Below, piece after piece: positions 19,179-28,664 of a stretch of DNA of 64,000 nucleotides. Within the stretch, counting starts at the first letter, position 1. The number at the start of each line of letters is the position of its first letter. Source of the DNA: Minisyncoccota bacterium (GTDB lineage: Bacteria > Patescibacteriota > Minisyncoccia > Phycocordibacterales > UBA12088); assembly GCA_041920275.1 (NCBI GenBank), contig JAYRSE010000007.1, positions 20,517 through 84,516 of the forward strand. The letters are read 5' to 3'. The notes under the pieces are model-generated. The model was not told the origin of the DNA and ran no database searches. It was given only the letters and a program-made list of their open reading frames with translations. Both the position numbers and the translations under genes were made by a program.

Positions 19179-21227
19179 TCAAGTAGCGGTCTTCCCGACC
19201 TCGTGTTCCGATTCAAGCGCGCGTATCTCATCGCGTAGCAATGCCGCAGTCTCAAAGTCCAACCGTTTGACCGCTTGTTGCATCTGAGCGCGCTTTTCCT
19301 TAATGAGCGCGGAGACACTCTTCCCGCGCGCATGGTCGAGAACGAGCAATGAGTGCACGGCCTTTTGGTGCTCGTTGCGCATGGTCTCGGTGATATCTTT
19401 GATCGCTTTGCGGACCGTGGTCGGGGTGATGTGGTGTTTGGAGTTGTACGCCTGCTGTATCACGCGACGCCGTTCCGTTTCGTCGATCGCGCGACGCATC
19501 GACTCGGTCATCCCATCGGCGTAAAGCAATACCCTGCCGTTCACATTGCGTGCGGCCCTGCCTATCGTCTGTATGAGCGACGTCTCCGAACGCAAGAATC
19601 CTTCTTTGTCGGCATCGAGTATTCCCACCAGAGAAACTTCCGGCAGATCGAGCCCTTCTCGAAGCAGGTTCACTCCCACAAGCACATCGAACTCGCCTTT
19701 GCGAAACTTGGTGAGTATCTCGATGCGGTCGATCGTCTTTATGTCGCTGTGCAGGTACTCCGCCGCAACTCCTTTATCGCGCAAAAAGCCCGCGAGGTCC
19801 TCCGCCATCTTTTTCGTGAGCGTGGTCACAAGCGCACGTTCCCCCGCTTTCATCGCCCTCTGCGCTTCAATGATGAAATCGCGCACCTGCCCTTGGTAGG
19901 AGCCACCGCTCACGATCGGTCGCACGATGATCTCGGGGTCCAAAAGTCCCGTGGGGCGAATGATCTGCTCGACCGTGGCACCGTTGGGGGGCACGGAAAG
20001 CCCGCGCTCGTAGGCGGCAGGAGTCGCACTCGTGTAGATGATCTGCCCGACCCGTTCGTTGAACTCATCGAACATGAGCGGGCGATTGTCGAGCGCGGAA
20101 GGAAGACGAAACCCGTGCTCGACCAATGTTTCCTTCCGAGCCCGATCTCCCGCATACATACCCGAAAGTTGCGGCACGGTCACATGCGACTCATCGATCA
20201 CGGTGAGAAAGTCAGGTGTTCCATCGGGCAGGTGCGGAAAATACGAGAGCAGGCTGTGCGGTGGCTCACCCGCTTTTCTCCCGTCAAAATGGCGAGAATA
20301 GTTCTCGATGCCGTTGCAGTACCCAACCTCGCGAATGAGTGCGAGATCGTGCATGGTGCGCCGTTTCAAACGCTCATGTTCAAGCACTTTGCCACGCTTT
20401 TCGAGCTCCTTGAGGCGGACGGTAAGCTCGTGCCGTATGTCATGAAGCGCCCGCTTCGTGTCTTCCGCTGAAGTGATGAAATGTTTGGCCGGAAAGAGGA
20501 AAAGGGTGTCATGCGTGCGTACGATCACCCGCGATATGGCGTCGATCTCTTCGATCGCTTGCAGTCGATCTCCAGAAAAAGTGTACCGATAGATCACACG
20601 CTCGTTGGTCGGCATCACCTCGACCATACTACCGCGCGCACGGAAAAGACCGGGCTCAAGGTCCGCACTCGTCCGGGAGAAGTGAATGCGTACCAGCTCC
20701 CGAATGAACGCCGTGCGATCGAGCGGCATACCGCATTCGGAGCGCAGGTGCACTTTCTCATACTCCGCGGGACTTCCAAGGCCGTAGATGCACGACACGG
20801 ACGCGACCACGATCACATCGCGTCGGGTAAGGAGCGCCTGGGTCGACGCGTGTCGCAAGCGCTCTATCTCCGCGTTCACCATCGCTTCCTTTTCTATGTA
20901 GGTGTCGGAAACCGGCATGTACGCTTCCGGTTGATAGAAGTCATAGTAGGACACGAAGTAGTGCACCGCATTGTCGGGAAAGAACTCGCGATACTCCTGT
21001 GCCAGTTGCGCTGCAAGTGTTTTGTTATGGGCGATCACGAGCGCGGGCTTTCGCACCTGAGCTATCACGTTGGCGATCGTGTAGGTCTTGCCGGTGCCGG
21101 TCGCCCCGAGGAGTGTCTGATGCCGCAGTCCGTCTTGCACGCCCGACACCAGTGCGCGTATCGCTTCCGGCTGGTCGCCGGCGGGAGGAAACGGGCTGTG
21201 GAGAGAAAAGTCGGGTGATGTTGACAT
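19179..21227 (-). CDS. uvrB: excinuclease ABC subunit B
   Basis: GATGTGKTYTIANVI helicase motif I. C-terminal UVR domain ETAALLRDEIRALE. Start at MSTSPDFSLHS. Confidence 0.9.
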   Translation of the reverse strand: MSTSPDFSLHSPFPPAGDQPEAIRALVSGVQDGLRHQTLLGATGTGKTYTIANVIAQVRKPALVIAHNKTLAAQLAQEYREFFPDNAVHYFVSYYDFYQPEAYMPVSDTYIEKEAMVNAEIERLRHASTQALLTRRDVIVVASVSCIYGLGSPAEYEKVHLRSECGMPLDRTAFIRELVRIHFSRTSADLEPGLFRARGSMVEVMPTNERVIYRYTFSGDRLQAIEEIDAISRVIVRTHDTLFLFPAKHFITSAEDTKRALHDIRHELTVRLKELEKRGKVLEHERLKRRTMHDLALIREVGYCNGIENYSRHFDGRKAGEPPHSLLSYFPHLPDGTPDFLTVIDESHVTVPQLSGMYAGDRARKETLVEHGFRLPSALDNRPLMFDEFNERVGQIIYTSATPAAYERGLSVPPNGATVEQIIRPTGLLDPEIIVRPIVSGGSYQGQVRDFIIEAQRAMKAGERALVTTLTKKMAEDLAGFLRDKGVAAEYLHSDIKTIDRIEILTKFRKGEFDVLVGVNLLREGLDLPEVSLVGILDADKEGFLRSETSLIQTIGRAARNVNGRVLLYADGMTESMRRAIDETERRRVIQQAYNSKHHITPTTVRKAIKDITETMRNEHQKAVHSLLVLDHARGKSVSALIKEKRAQMQQAVKRLDFETAALLRDEIRALESEHEVGKTAT

Positions 21228-21285
21228 AATACATATTGTATCGTATCTTGCGTACAGTTTCAACCTGTCAAAGAGGGTGTGGCGC

Positions 21286-21579
21286 ATGGAGACTGAGAAT
21301 ACCCATGTTCAGGAAGGCGACCATGTCATCCATGATGAGCAGTATGGCACTGTGAAGATCGTGCGCGATCTGCACGGCCATCATCCGAAGATCCTGTACC
21401 GGGGAGACAAGAAATTTCGAGACGATAAGGAGAGTTGGCATCATGGAACAGAAGCACTCCATGAGGCATTCTCCCTCATGGGGTTTCGCCTTAACCCGAT
21501 CTTCCGGAATTTCCGCATCACCACTTATGAAGTGACGCGCGGTGGTCCTTGCGGACTGTTCCTCCTCAAGAAGGAATGA
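21286..21579 (+). CDS. hypothetical small His-rich protein
   Basis: ORF with AAGAGGG upstream. No family recognised. Confidence 0.3.
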   Translation: METENTHVQEGDHVIHDEQYGTVKIVRDLHGHHPKILYRGDKKFRDDKESWHHGTEALHEAFSLMGFRLNPIFRNFRITTYEVTRGGPCGLFLLKKE

Positions 21580-21648
21580 ACGGCAATCGGCGTCGAGCAA
21601 CCCGCTCGGTGCCGATCTTTGTTTCGGACATTCGGCATGAAAAAATTT

Positions 21649-22824
21649 TCACAGTAGCTCCTGTCGCAATCGTCGCACCAAGCTCGCGAGGAAATAAAGA
21701 TTGTGTACGCTCGCAAATGTCGCACCGAGCATCTCATGCGCGATGAAAAGATGCCGAAGGTATGCGCGTGTGTAGCCGGCCCCGCAGACCATGCACGCAC
21801 ACCCGGGGTCGACCGGCGAAAAGTCTCGCGTATAGCACTCGTTCGTGAGTGACATCTTTACACCTTCGGGTCCGTAGACCATGCCGGTTCGGGCAAGTCG
21901 TGTGGGCTGCACACAGTCGAACAGGTCGACACCCTGCTCCACCCCGCGGATCAAGTCCTCCGGCTCACCGATCCCGAGCAAGTGACGCGGCTTCTCGGGC
22001 GGGAGCTCATCGGTCACCCACCCGACCGCGGTATCGAGGTCGAGCTTTCGGTAACTGCCTCCGATACCGTACCCGTCGAACTCCATGCGGGCGAGCGTGC
22101 GAGCGCTTTCCCGGCGCAGGTCCTCGAATCTGCCGCCCTGCACGATACCGAATATCCCTTGTCGCGTCCCCGCTTCAACATTTTGCCGGTGTGCACGCAG
22201 CGAACGTTCCGCCCACCGGTGCGTGCGTTCCATCGCCTCCCGCTGGTACGCGTGGTCCGCTTCGGCTCCGGTGCATTCATCGAACGCGAAGAAGATGTCC
22301 GCGCCGAGCGCATGTTGTATCTCAACACTCCGCTCGGGAGTGAAGCGGTGGAGCGAGCCGTCGATATGCGACGTGAAGCTCACCCCCTCTTCGTCGATCT
22401 GTGCGAGTTTGCCGTGCGAGGTGGCAACATCCGGATCGAACACACTTGCCACACGCGTATCCGCGTCCAACTCTTCGCGCGACACCTTGGAGACCGTTTT
22501 TCCGTATGCGGCGCCGAGCGAAAATACCTGAAACCCACCCGAGTCGGTGAGGAGCGGACCGTTCCACCCCATAAACGCATGCAGTCCGCCGGCGGAGCGG
22601 ACCGCTTCGCTGCCGGGCTGCAGATGCAAATGGTAGGTGTTCGCGATGATCGTCTGCACACCAACCCCGTGCAGCATATCGACGGTCACACCCTTCACGG
22701 TCGCCTTGGTGCCGACCGCCACGAAGGCAGGCGTCTCGATGTCGCCATGCGGCGTTCGAATGACACCGGCTCGGGCTTTGGAACCTCTTGAACGAGCGAG
22801 TATCTCGAAAGTGATGGGTTGCAT
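21649..22824 (-). CDS. tgt: queuine tRNA-ribosyltransferase (tRNA-guanine transglycosylase)
   Basis: TPAFVAVGTKATVKGV ... LTDSGGFQVFSLG. C-terminal Zn site CACMVCGAGYTRAYLRH. Confidence 0.9.
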   Translation of the reverse strand: MQPITFEILARSRGSKARAGVIRTPHGDIETPAFVAVGTKATVKGVTVDMLHGVGVQTIIANTYHLHLQPGSEAVRSAGGLHAFMGWNGPLLTDSGGFQVFSLGAAYGKTVSKVSREELDADTRVASVFDPDVATSHGKLAQIDEEGVSFTSHIDGSLHRFTPERSVEIQHALGADIFFAFDECTGAEADHAYQREAMERTHRWAERSLRAHRQNVEAGTRQGIFGIVQGGRFEDLRRESARTLARMEFDGYGIGGSYRKLDLDTAVGWVTDELPPEKPRHLLGIGEPEDLIRGVEQGVDLFDCVQPTRLARTGMVYGPEGVKMSLTNECYTRDFSPVDPGCACMVCGAGYTRAYLRHLFIAHEMLGATFASVHNLYFLASLVRRLRQELL

Positions 22825-22871
22825 GGATAGCTTGATACGTGTCGACAGCAGCGCGACAGGTGTTTCGTATC

Positions 22872-23408
22872 CTATCGCTCACGCATGCGCCACGCAAGGA
22901 ACGCGAGGAGTGTGAAAAGCGTGAATCCCATCCACGGCAAGGTGACAAACCCGAACTCGAACACATACCGTGCCACACAATCACCCCCGTCCGCAAACGC
23001 ACCACACAATGCGCCGTCCGTCACCCCCATCTGGTAGAGATGGTGGTACAGTGTGATCGCCATGCCCGCCACGGAAAGCGAAAGAAGGTACGGCCACACG
23101 TTCTTGTCCTTGCGCACCCATGCCACGCTCGCAATGAGCGCGTAGGGAAAAAGCATGGTTCGTGAAAGCCAACACAACACGCAGGTTGGGAAACCAACGA
23201 CTTCCGAATAGAAGAGCGAAAGCAATACTCCCAACAATGCGCTTACACTTGCGAACGGTAGTATGTGAGTAAGAAGTGGGCGATCGAATGCGGACGGCAA
23301 CCACGCATGCATCATGGCTCGGGAGACGGCAAGAAAGACCAGGACCACACCCAAACACACCGTAACGACCGCAAAAAGATACGTGAGCGATGCAACGTAC
23401 GGTTCCAT
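22872..23408 (-). CDS. disulfide bond formation protein, DsbB family (BdbC-like)
   Basis: Four to five TM segments. PTCVLCWLSRTMLFP matches the BdbC PCELCWYQRILMYP motif. A second Cys pair CGAFADGGDC follows. Confidence 0.65.
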   Translation of the reverse strand: MEPYVASLTYLFAVVTVCLGVVLVFLAVSRAMMHAWLPSAFDRPLLTHILPFASVSALLGVLLSLFYSEVVGFPTCVLCWLSRTMLFPYALIASVAWVRKDKNVWPYLLSLSVAGMAITLYHHLYQMGVTDGALCGAFADGGDCVARYVFEFGFVTLPWMGFTLFTLLAFLAWRMRER

Positions 23409-23412
23409 ACAC

Positions 23413-23832
23413 CTACTCTGCCGCCTGTGCCGGAACGGGGCAGTCGGTCGCCTCGGCTAGACCCGCAAGCGCCACCCTGCCCACCACCTGCTCACCACTG
23501 GAAAACACCCACGTGGGATATGCGGTTATCTGCGCATCAGCACATGCTTGTGTCTGCCCGCGACCATCCGGTGTCGTGCATTCAACGTATGGGAGCATTT
23601 TTGCTGCATCGCCGAAATCTCTTTTCTGCGCTTGACAGTGTGAGCAAGTGAACGAGCCATAGAACTTAGCGCCGCGTTCGGTGAGACAAGTGGCAAGCGC
23701 CGCAAGCCCTTGCGTATCTTTTGACGCCGCACCCGAACCACTGTTGCCCGTGAAGTAAAAGATACCCACAAGTGCGCCAACGATGATCGCGGTCGCAAGC
23801 AAGGTGAAAATGAGTGATTTATGTTTTTTCAT
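23413..23832 (-). CDS. membrane-anchored thioredoxin-fold thiol-disulfide oxidoreductase (BdbD/VKOR-partner type)
   Basis: TM anchor, then FYGSFTCSHCQAQKRDFG CxxC motif and AYPTWVF cis-Pro region. Start at MKKHKSLIF. Confidence 0.65.
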   Translation of the reverse strand: MKKHKSLIFTLLATAIIVGALVGIFYFTGNSGSGAASKDTQGLAALATCLTERGAKFYGSFTCSHCQAQKRDFGDAAKMLPYVECTTPDGRGQTQACADAQITAYPTWVFSSGEQVVGRVALAGLAEATDCPVPAQAAE

Positions 23833-23931
23833 ATAAATTACCATTAAGCTCTTCAATATCGCTCCTCTATGATACCCGCAAAACCTATCGAAACCAAATC
23901 GTTAGATCGCGCTGTGAAATTTTCCACCGCT

Positions 23932-24540
23932 CTATTGCCCTGTGCTGGTATTGAATCGCACCATCGCGACCTCCCTGCCCTCGTCGATGATCGCGAGCGC
24001 CGCCTGGGCCGCTCTGTCGGCGCTTGTGAGAAGTTCCTCCCATACCGCACCACGCAACGAACGAAGGACGAAGTTGTCCAACTCCTCACCTTTCGCGGGC
24101 TTGGCAATGGTGCCGTCTTGAGCGCGCGGAGCGATGCCGATACGTACCCGCACGAACGCCTTGCTCGCAAACGCTCGCTCGAGCGACAGCACACCATTGT
24201 GGCCACCGGCTCCACGATCGAATGCGACCCGCACGACCCCTTGTGGCAGATCGATGTCATCATGCAGTACGATCACGTGCGCAAGGTCATCCACCCGCTC
24301 TCTGAATGGTCGCACTGAAACTCCCGATCGGTTCATGAACGTCTCGGGCAAGAGAAATGTGACGCTCGCACCACCACGCGTCACTCCTCGCGTCACCCGC
24401 GCTCGAGCGAGCGTATCGGTGTGCCATTCCGCACACGAGCACATGACCGATAGACGTTCAACAGCGACCCTGCCCACATTGTGCCTGCTGGTGGCATACC
24501 GATCACCCGGATTCCCAAGACCGACTACGAGATACTCCAT
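23932..24540 (-). CDS. pth: peptidyl-tRNA hydrolase
   Basis: MEYLVVGLGNPGDRYATSRHNVG N-terminal signature. Confidence 0.85.
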   Translation of the reverse strand: MEYLVVGLGNPGDRYATSRHNVGRVAVERLSVMCSCAEWHTDTLARARVTRGVTRGGASVTFLLPETFMNRSGVSVRPFRERVDDLAHVIVLHDDIDLPQGVVRVAFDRGAGGHNGVLSLERAFASKAFVRVRIGIAPRAQDGTIAKPAKGEELDNFVLRSLRGAVWEELLTSADRAAQAALAIIDEGREVAMVRFNTSTGQ

Positions 24541-24570
24541 GCGTTGCAGTATACAAAATGATCGTAGTCC

Positions 24571-25350
24571 ATGAAAGCGGATCAAAGTGATATGCGGAGC
24601 ATGTTGCAACACTTGCACACTTCATTTTTGTGGTATACTTACCATATCGTTCACCTCTCCTGTTCTATGGATCCGCTTAACATACAACCGCGCTCCACGT
24701 ATCGCGCATTGCAGAACTCACAATCGTTCGAAAGCGACACGGAGGATTGGAACGAGATTGACCGTAACGAAGTGCCCGAAGCCGATCGACCACAGGAAAG
24801 CATCATCAGCGAGATATTCAAGTTCTCCGTACTCGCGATCGCGATCGTCATCCCGTTCCGCATCTACATCGCACAACCGTTCGTGGTGAGCGGTGCATCG
24901 ATGGCGCCCACCTTCGAAACCGGCGAGTACCTCATCGTCGACCGCGCCACCTACCATTTTGAACAACCGCAACGGGGCGATGTGGTCATATTTCGCTACC
25001 CCAGCGACCCGTCGAAATTTTTCATTAAGCGAATCATCGGTCTTCCGGGTGAGACTGTCGAACTTGCCAACGGCGTAAGTTCGATCGTGGGAACGAACGG
25101 TGAACGTGTCTCGCTCGACGAACCGTACCTCAAGACCGACCGCACGGACGACCACATCACCACCCGACTATCCTCGGACGAATACTTCGTGATGGGTGAC
25201 AACCGTGGTGCGAGCTCCGACTCGAGAACATGGGGACCCGTTCCTCGCGAGAACATCGTGGGAAGGGCGCTCATTCGTCTTTTGCCTCCGACACACTTCG
25301 GCATATTTCCCGGGAGCTACACATATACTCGGGAAGTGCCCGCTTCATAA
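24571..25350 (+). CDS. lepB: signal peptidase I
   Basis: VSGASMAPTF (Ser box). GDVVIFRYP. VMGDNRGASSDSRTWGPV (box E). Confidence 0.8.
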   Translation: MKADQSDMRSMLQHLHTSFLWYTYHIVHLSCSMDPLNIQPRSTYRALQNSQSFESDTEDWNEIDRNEVPEADRPQESIISEIFKFSVLAIAIVIPFRIYIAQPFVVSGASMAPTFETGEYLIVDRATYHFEQPQRGDVVIFRYPSDPSKFFIKRIIGLPGETVELANGVSSIVGTNGERVSLDEPYLKTDRTDDHITTRLSSDEYFVMGDNRGASSDSRTWGPVPRENIVGRALIRLLPPTHFGIFPGSYTYTREVPAS

Positions 25351-25359
25351 CGTCGTCCC

Positions 25360-26541
25360 ATGAGATCGACATCGCTGCCAACACAAACATTCTTCAAGCG
25401 CGCCATGGCGGTCGCAGAACATTACGGCTTTTGCAACGTCGACGACCTCGCGTTGCACGAGCACCCCTCTTGTACGAGCGCACACACGATCGATGCGCCG
25501 CTCCCCGAACCGAACAAGATCGACTCGCACGTCATAGAACACGCACTTGCGCGCCTGACCGAGTCGATCGAACTTCGCAAACGGAACGCCATCTTGTTCT
25601 ACACACCATCTCTCGTGCGACATGCGAGCGCGCCCGGCTCGACACTTTCCGCACTCACCTTGAATGCTATCGGCTCATCCGACCCGCTCACTGAAATAGT
25701 CGTCATCAAAAGCACCGCCACCATCCTCGAAGAACTCGGGAACCGTAACGTGACATTGCGCATCAACAGTCTCGGGGACGGTGACTCCGCCACCCGTTTC
25801 GTCCGTGAAGTGGGGACAAAACTTCGTCAGTGCGCAAAAGACCTACCACACCATCTCTCCGAGTTATTGCGGCACGATGTGCGTGCCGCAATAACGCGAT
25901 GCTACGAAGATCGTCATCCCGTGACCGAGAACCTACCGCGGCCCATCGAGTTCCTCACCGCACCAAGTCGCCGGCACTTCAAGCAGATACTTGAGCTCCT
26001 GGAACAAGCGAGTATCCCGTTCGAGATCGACGACATGCTGTACGGCAATCAAAGTATGTACGCACACACGATCTTCGAGTTCATAAACCAACCACTCACC
26101 CCGAATACAGCACCGATCACGCTTGCTCGTGGCGGTCGCTACGATACGCTTACCCGTTCACACGCGCGCACCATGGTACCCGCGACCGGTGCGGTCATTG
26201 CCCTCCCGACCGATCACGGGGCTTCCGATGGTGACATAGCACGTCCGCGGATCAAGAAACCATCCACCTGCTTGGTGCATATCGGTCGTGAGGCGCGTAT
26301 CAAGAGCATCTCCATCATCGAAGCGTTCAGGCGAGCGAAAATACCCATCGGTCAGTGCCTGCAATTCGAACGGTTCTCCGAGCAGGTCGCCTATGCGGAG
26401 TCCCGTGGCGCGCGGTACATCATCATACTTGGTCAACGCGAAGTGCATGATAATGTGGTGATGATCCGCGATGTGAGCGACCGTTCGCAAAGGACCATCC
26501 CCATTACCGCACTTACCGACTTTGTCCGCTCCGCATTATAA
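25360..26541 (+). CDS. histidyl-tRNA synthetase-like class II aaRS paralogue with degenerate catalytic motifs and an intact anticodon-binding domain
   Basis: MLYGNQSMYAHTIFEF resembles HisRS LVRGLDYYT.TVFE. LARGGRYDTL resembles the GGRYDGL motif 3. C-terminal GARYIIILGQREVHDNVVMIRDVSD is anticodon-binding-domain-like. The motif-2 region reads LFYTPSLVRHASAP instead of the conserved RHERPQ. Confidence 0.5.
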   Translation: MRSTSLPTQTFFKRAMAVAEHYGFCNVDDLALHEHPSCTSAHTIDAPLPEPNKIDSHVIEHALARLTESIELRKRNAILFYTPSLVRHASAPGSTLSALTLNAIGSSDPLTEIVVIKSTATILEELGNRNVTLRINSLGDGDSATRFVREVGTKLRQCAKDLPHHLSELLRHDVRAAITRCYEDRHPVTENLPRPIEFLTAPSRRHFKQILELLEQASIPFEIDDMLYGNQSMYAHTIFEFINQPLTPNTAPITLARGGRYDTLTRSHARTMVPATGAVIALPTDHGASDGDIARPRIKKPSTCLVHIGREARIKSISIIEAFRRAKIPIGQCLQFERFSEQVAYAESRGARYIIILGQREVHDNVVMIRDVSDRSQRTIPITALTDFVRSAL

Positions 26542-26669
26542 ATTATAACAATGCCGTGACGTGCGACCCCGGCGCCACTTGACGCCGATTCGCGCCGTGT
26601 CAACTCACGAAACCATGACACCGAAGCGCGCTTGCACGACGCTTTCCCCCATGGTACAGTGGGGGCACT

Positions 26670-26915
26670 ATGATAGTTCACACTGAAGTCGTTCGACACG
26701 GCAACGAGAACGTGCTCGGCATGATGCGCAGATTTACCCGCAAATCACAAGGGAGCGGGGTCGTGAAGCGGGTACGCTCTCTGCGGTACCACGAACGCAC
26801 TCCTTCGTCAACCCGCAAAAAATTGGACGCCCTCACCCGCATCAAACGCACGGAAGAGTACATGGCACTCTACAAACTCGGGCGCGAACCGCAAACGAAA
26901 AAGAAACGTCGATAG
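26670..26915 (+). CDS. rpsU: 30S ribosomal protein S21
   Basis: 81-aa basic protein. V.RHGNENVLGMMRRFTRK ... RKK..AL.R pattern typical of S21. Confidence 0.7.
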   Translation: MIVHTEVVRHGNENVLGMMRRFTRKSQGSGVVKRVRSLRYHERTPSSTRKKLDALTRIKRTEEYMALYKLGREPQTKKKRR

Positions 26916-26920
26916 ACACC

Positions 26921-27316
26921 ATGACGGAACGACCGTCGAATTGCGTGATAACGAGCACGGTCCGAAGGTCGGTCGATACCGGCGACCTTTGCGGTATCGC
27001 ACAGCACATACTCGGTAAAGAGTATCAGCTTTCGATAGTCATCACCGGTGACATGCGCGCACGCCGCATCAACCGTACCTACCGCCACAAGGACTACGCT
27101 CCGAACGTCCTCTCCTTCCCGCTCGATGAACGATCGGGGGAAATATATTTGAACATCGCACGCATCACGCGCGAATGCCATTCGTTCAAACTCTCTCCGA
27201 AGGGCCATCTGCGCTACTTGCTTATCCACGGATGTCTCCATTTGAAGGGGTACCGCCATGGGAGTACAATGGACCATACGGAGCAGGAACTCATTGAGCG
27301 ATTCAATATCGTATAG
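26921..27316 (+). CDS. ybeY: rRNA maturation endoribonuclease YbeY
   Basis: HGCLHLKGYRHG metal-binding motif. 131 aa. Confidence 0.85.
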   Translation: MTERPSNCVITSTVRRSVDTGDLCGIAQHILGKEYQLSIVITGDMRARRINRTYRHKDYAPNVLSFPLDERSGEIYLNIARITRECHSFKLSPKGHLRYLLIHGCLHLKGYRHGSTMDHTEQELIERFNIV

Positions 27317-27383
27317 GATCGCCCACTCGGACACATGCTTTCGTGCGAATGACGCCGCATGGTATGGCGCCCCTTGTATTACT

Positions 27384-28544
27384 ATGTCACGAACTCATGC
27401 CGTCGGAATCGATATAGGCACCTACCAGATAAAGGTGGTGGTCGCTTCGACTTCGAAAAAAGACCAGCGCCCTATCATTATGGGTACCGGATACGCACAA
27501 TCCCGCGGTATACGCCATGGCTACATCATCAATAAGGATGACATGGTGCGTACACTTCAAGCGGCTATCAAGCAAGCGGAAAAGGAGTCGGGATTCGCGA
27601 TCCGTCACGCATTCCTTTCAGTTGGAGGTATCGGTCTTGAAGAGTACCGTTCACGCGCAGAGATCATCATATCGCGAGCGGACGGTGAAGTGACCGAGCT
27701 CGACACCAAGAATGTCCTCGACGAGAGCGAGCGCAAGATCTCCTCACGCCTCACCAACCGCAAAGTGATCCACGCAATACCGCTTTCGCACCGCATCGAC
27801 GGAGAGCGAGTGCTCGGGCGTCCCGTGGGCATGAAGGGTACCAAGCTCGAAGTGGAAGCGCTGTTCGTAACGAGTCTGGAGCAACATGTGAACGACCTCA
27901 TAGCGGTGGTCGAAGAACTCGGCATTTCGGTGACGGATGTCATGGCAAGCCCCATCGCGGGGAGTTTCGTGACACTCACCAAGGCGCAGAAGATCGCCGG
28001 TGTGGTCCTTGCGAACATCGGAGCGGAGACCGTGTCCATCGCGGTCTTCGAGAACGAAACACCCATCAGTGTACGCGTATTTCCCATCGGTTCGACCGCC
28101 ATTACGCACGACATCGCGCTCGGACTCAAACTCTCTCTCGAAGATGCCGAGGAAGCGAAGGTGGGTTCTCAGAATGCACCGGTCGGATCGCAAAAGCGCT
28201 TGGATGAGATCATCACCAACCGTCTCTCGGACATTTTCCGCCTCATCGACGCACATCTTAAAAAGATCGGCAAGAATGGTCTGTTGCCCGCCGGCATCGT
28301 TATATCGGGCGGCGGATCAGGTGTCACCACGATCGAGGACGTGGCAAAGGTCGCACTCAGGCTTCCCAGTAAGCGCGCAACGTTCACGACACCACAGCCG
28401 ACCAAACTCAAAGATTCAAGCTGGGCGGTTGCGTACGGTCTGTGCATTTGGGGACTTCGGAACGAAACGCAGACGAACACGTTCTCCACTTTGCGCGAGA
28501 ACGCATCCGGCGCACTCCAATGGTTCAAACAATTTCTACCCTAG
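27384..28544 (+). CDS. ftsA: cell division protein FtsA
   Basis: Actin-fold start MSRTHAVGIDIGTYQIKVVVA. Immediately upstream of ftsZ. Confidence 0.85.
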   Translation: MSRTHAVGIDIGTYQIKVVVASTSKKDQRPIIMGTGYAQSRGIRHGYIINKDDMVRTLQAAIKQAEKESGFAIRHAFLSVGGIGLEEYRSRAEIIISRADGEVTELDTKNVLDESERKISSRLTNRKVIHAIPLSHRIDGERVLGRPVGMKGTKLEVEALFVTSLEQHVNDLIAVVEELGISVTDVMASPIAGSFVTLTKAQKIAGVVLANIGAETVSIAVFENETPISVRVFPIGSTAITHDIALGLKLSLEDAEEAKVGSQNAPVGSQKRLDEIITNRLSDIFRLIDAHLKKIGKNGLLPAGIVISGGGSGVTTIEDVAKVALRLPSKRATFTTPQPTKLKDSSWAVAYGLCIWGLRNETQTNTFSTLRENASGALQWFKQFLP

Positions 28545-28664
28545 CAGCCAAAAGCATAGCGCTTCCTCTTGTGCCGCATGATACATGCGGACTTTTTGTC
28601 AACAGTTACGCTTCTCTTTTTATTTGCTATAGTGCATACCACATAACGATCAAGCACAATACAT

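Noticed and set aside
18971-19186. Small plus-strand membrane-like ORF (MIHMRQPFYSIASAATYLLCAIGLGLL...) between uvrA and uvrB
   Set aside because: Plausible two-TM peptide, but no SD or conservation evidence and it lies in a short operon gap. Not reported as a feature.
21231-21290. ACAG-N7-CTGT (tACAGtttcaacCTGTca) upstream of uvrB as an SOS box
   Set aside because: Inverted arrangement relative to known boxes and a single occurrence. Insufficient evidence.
26541-26670. Intergenic regions scanned for tRNA genes (also 4946-5054, 40468-40560, 46740-46868, 50234-50440, 50654-51088)
   Set aside because: No T-loop GTTCGAATC-like or acceptor-stem/CCA cloverleaf patterns recognised. None reported.
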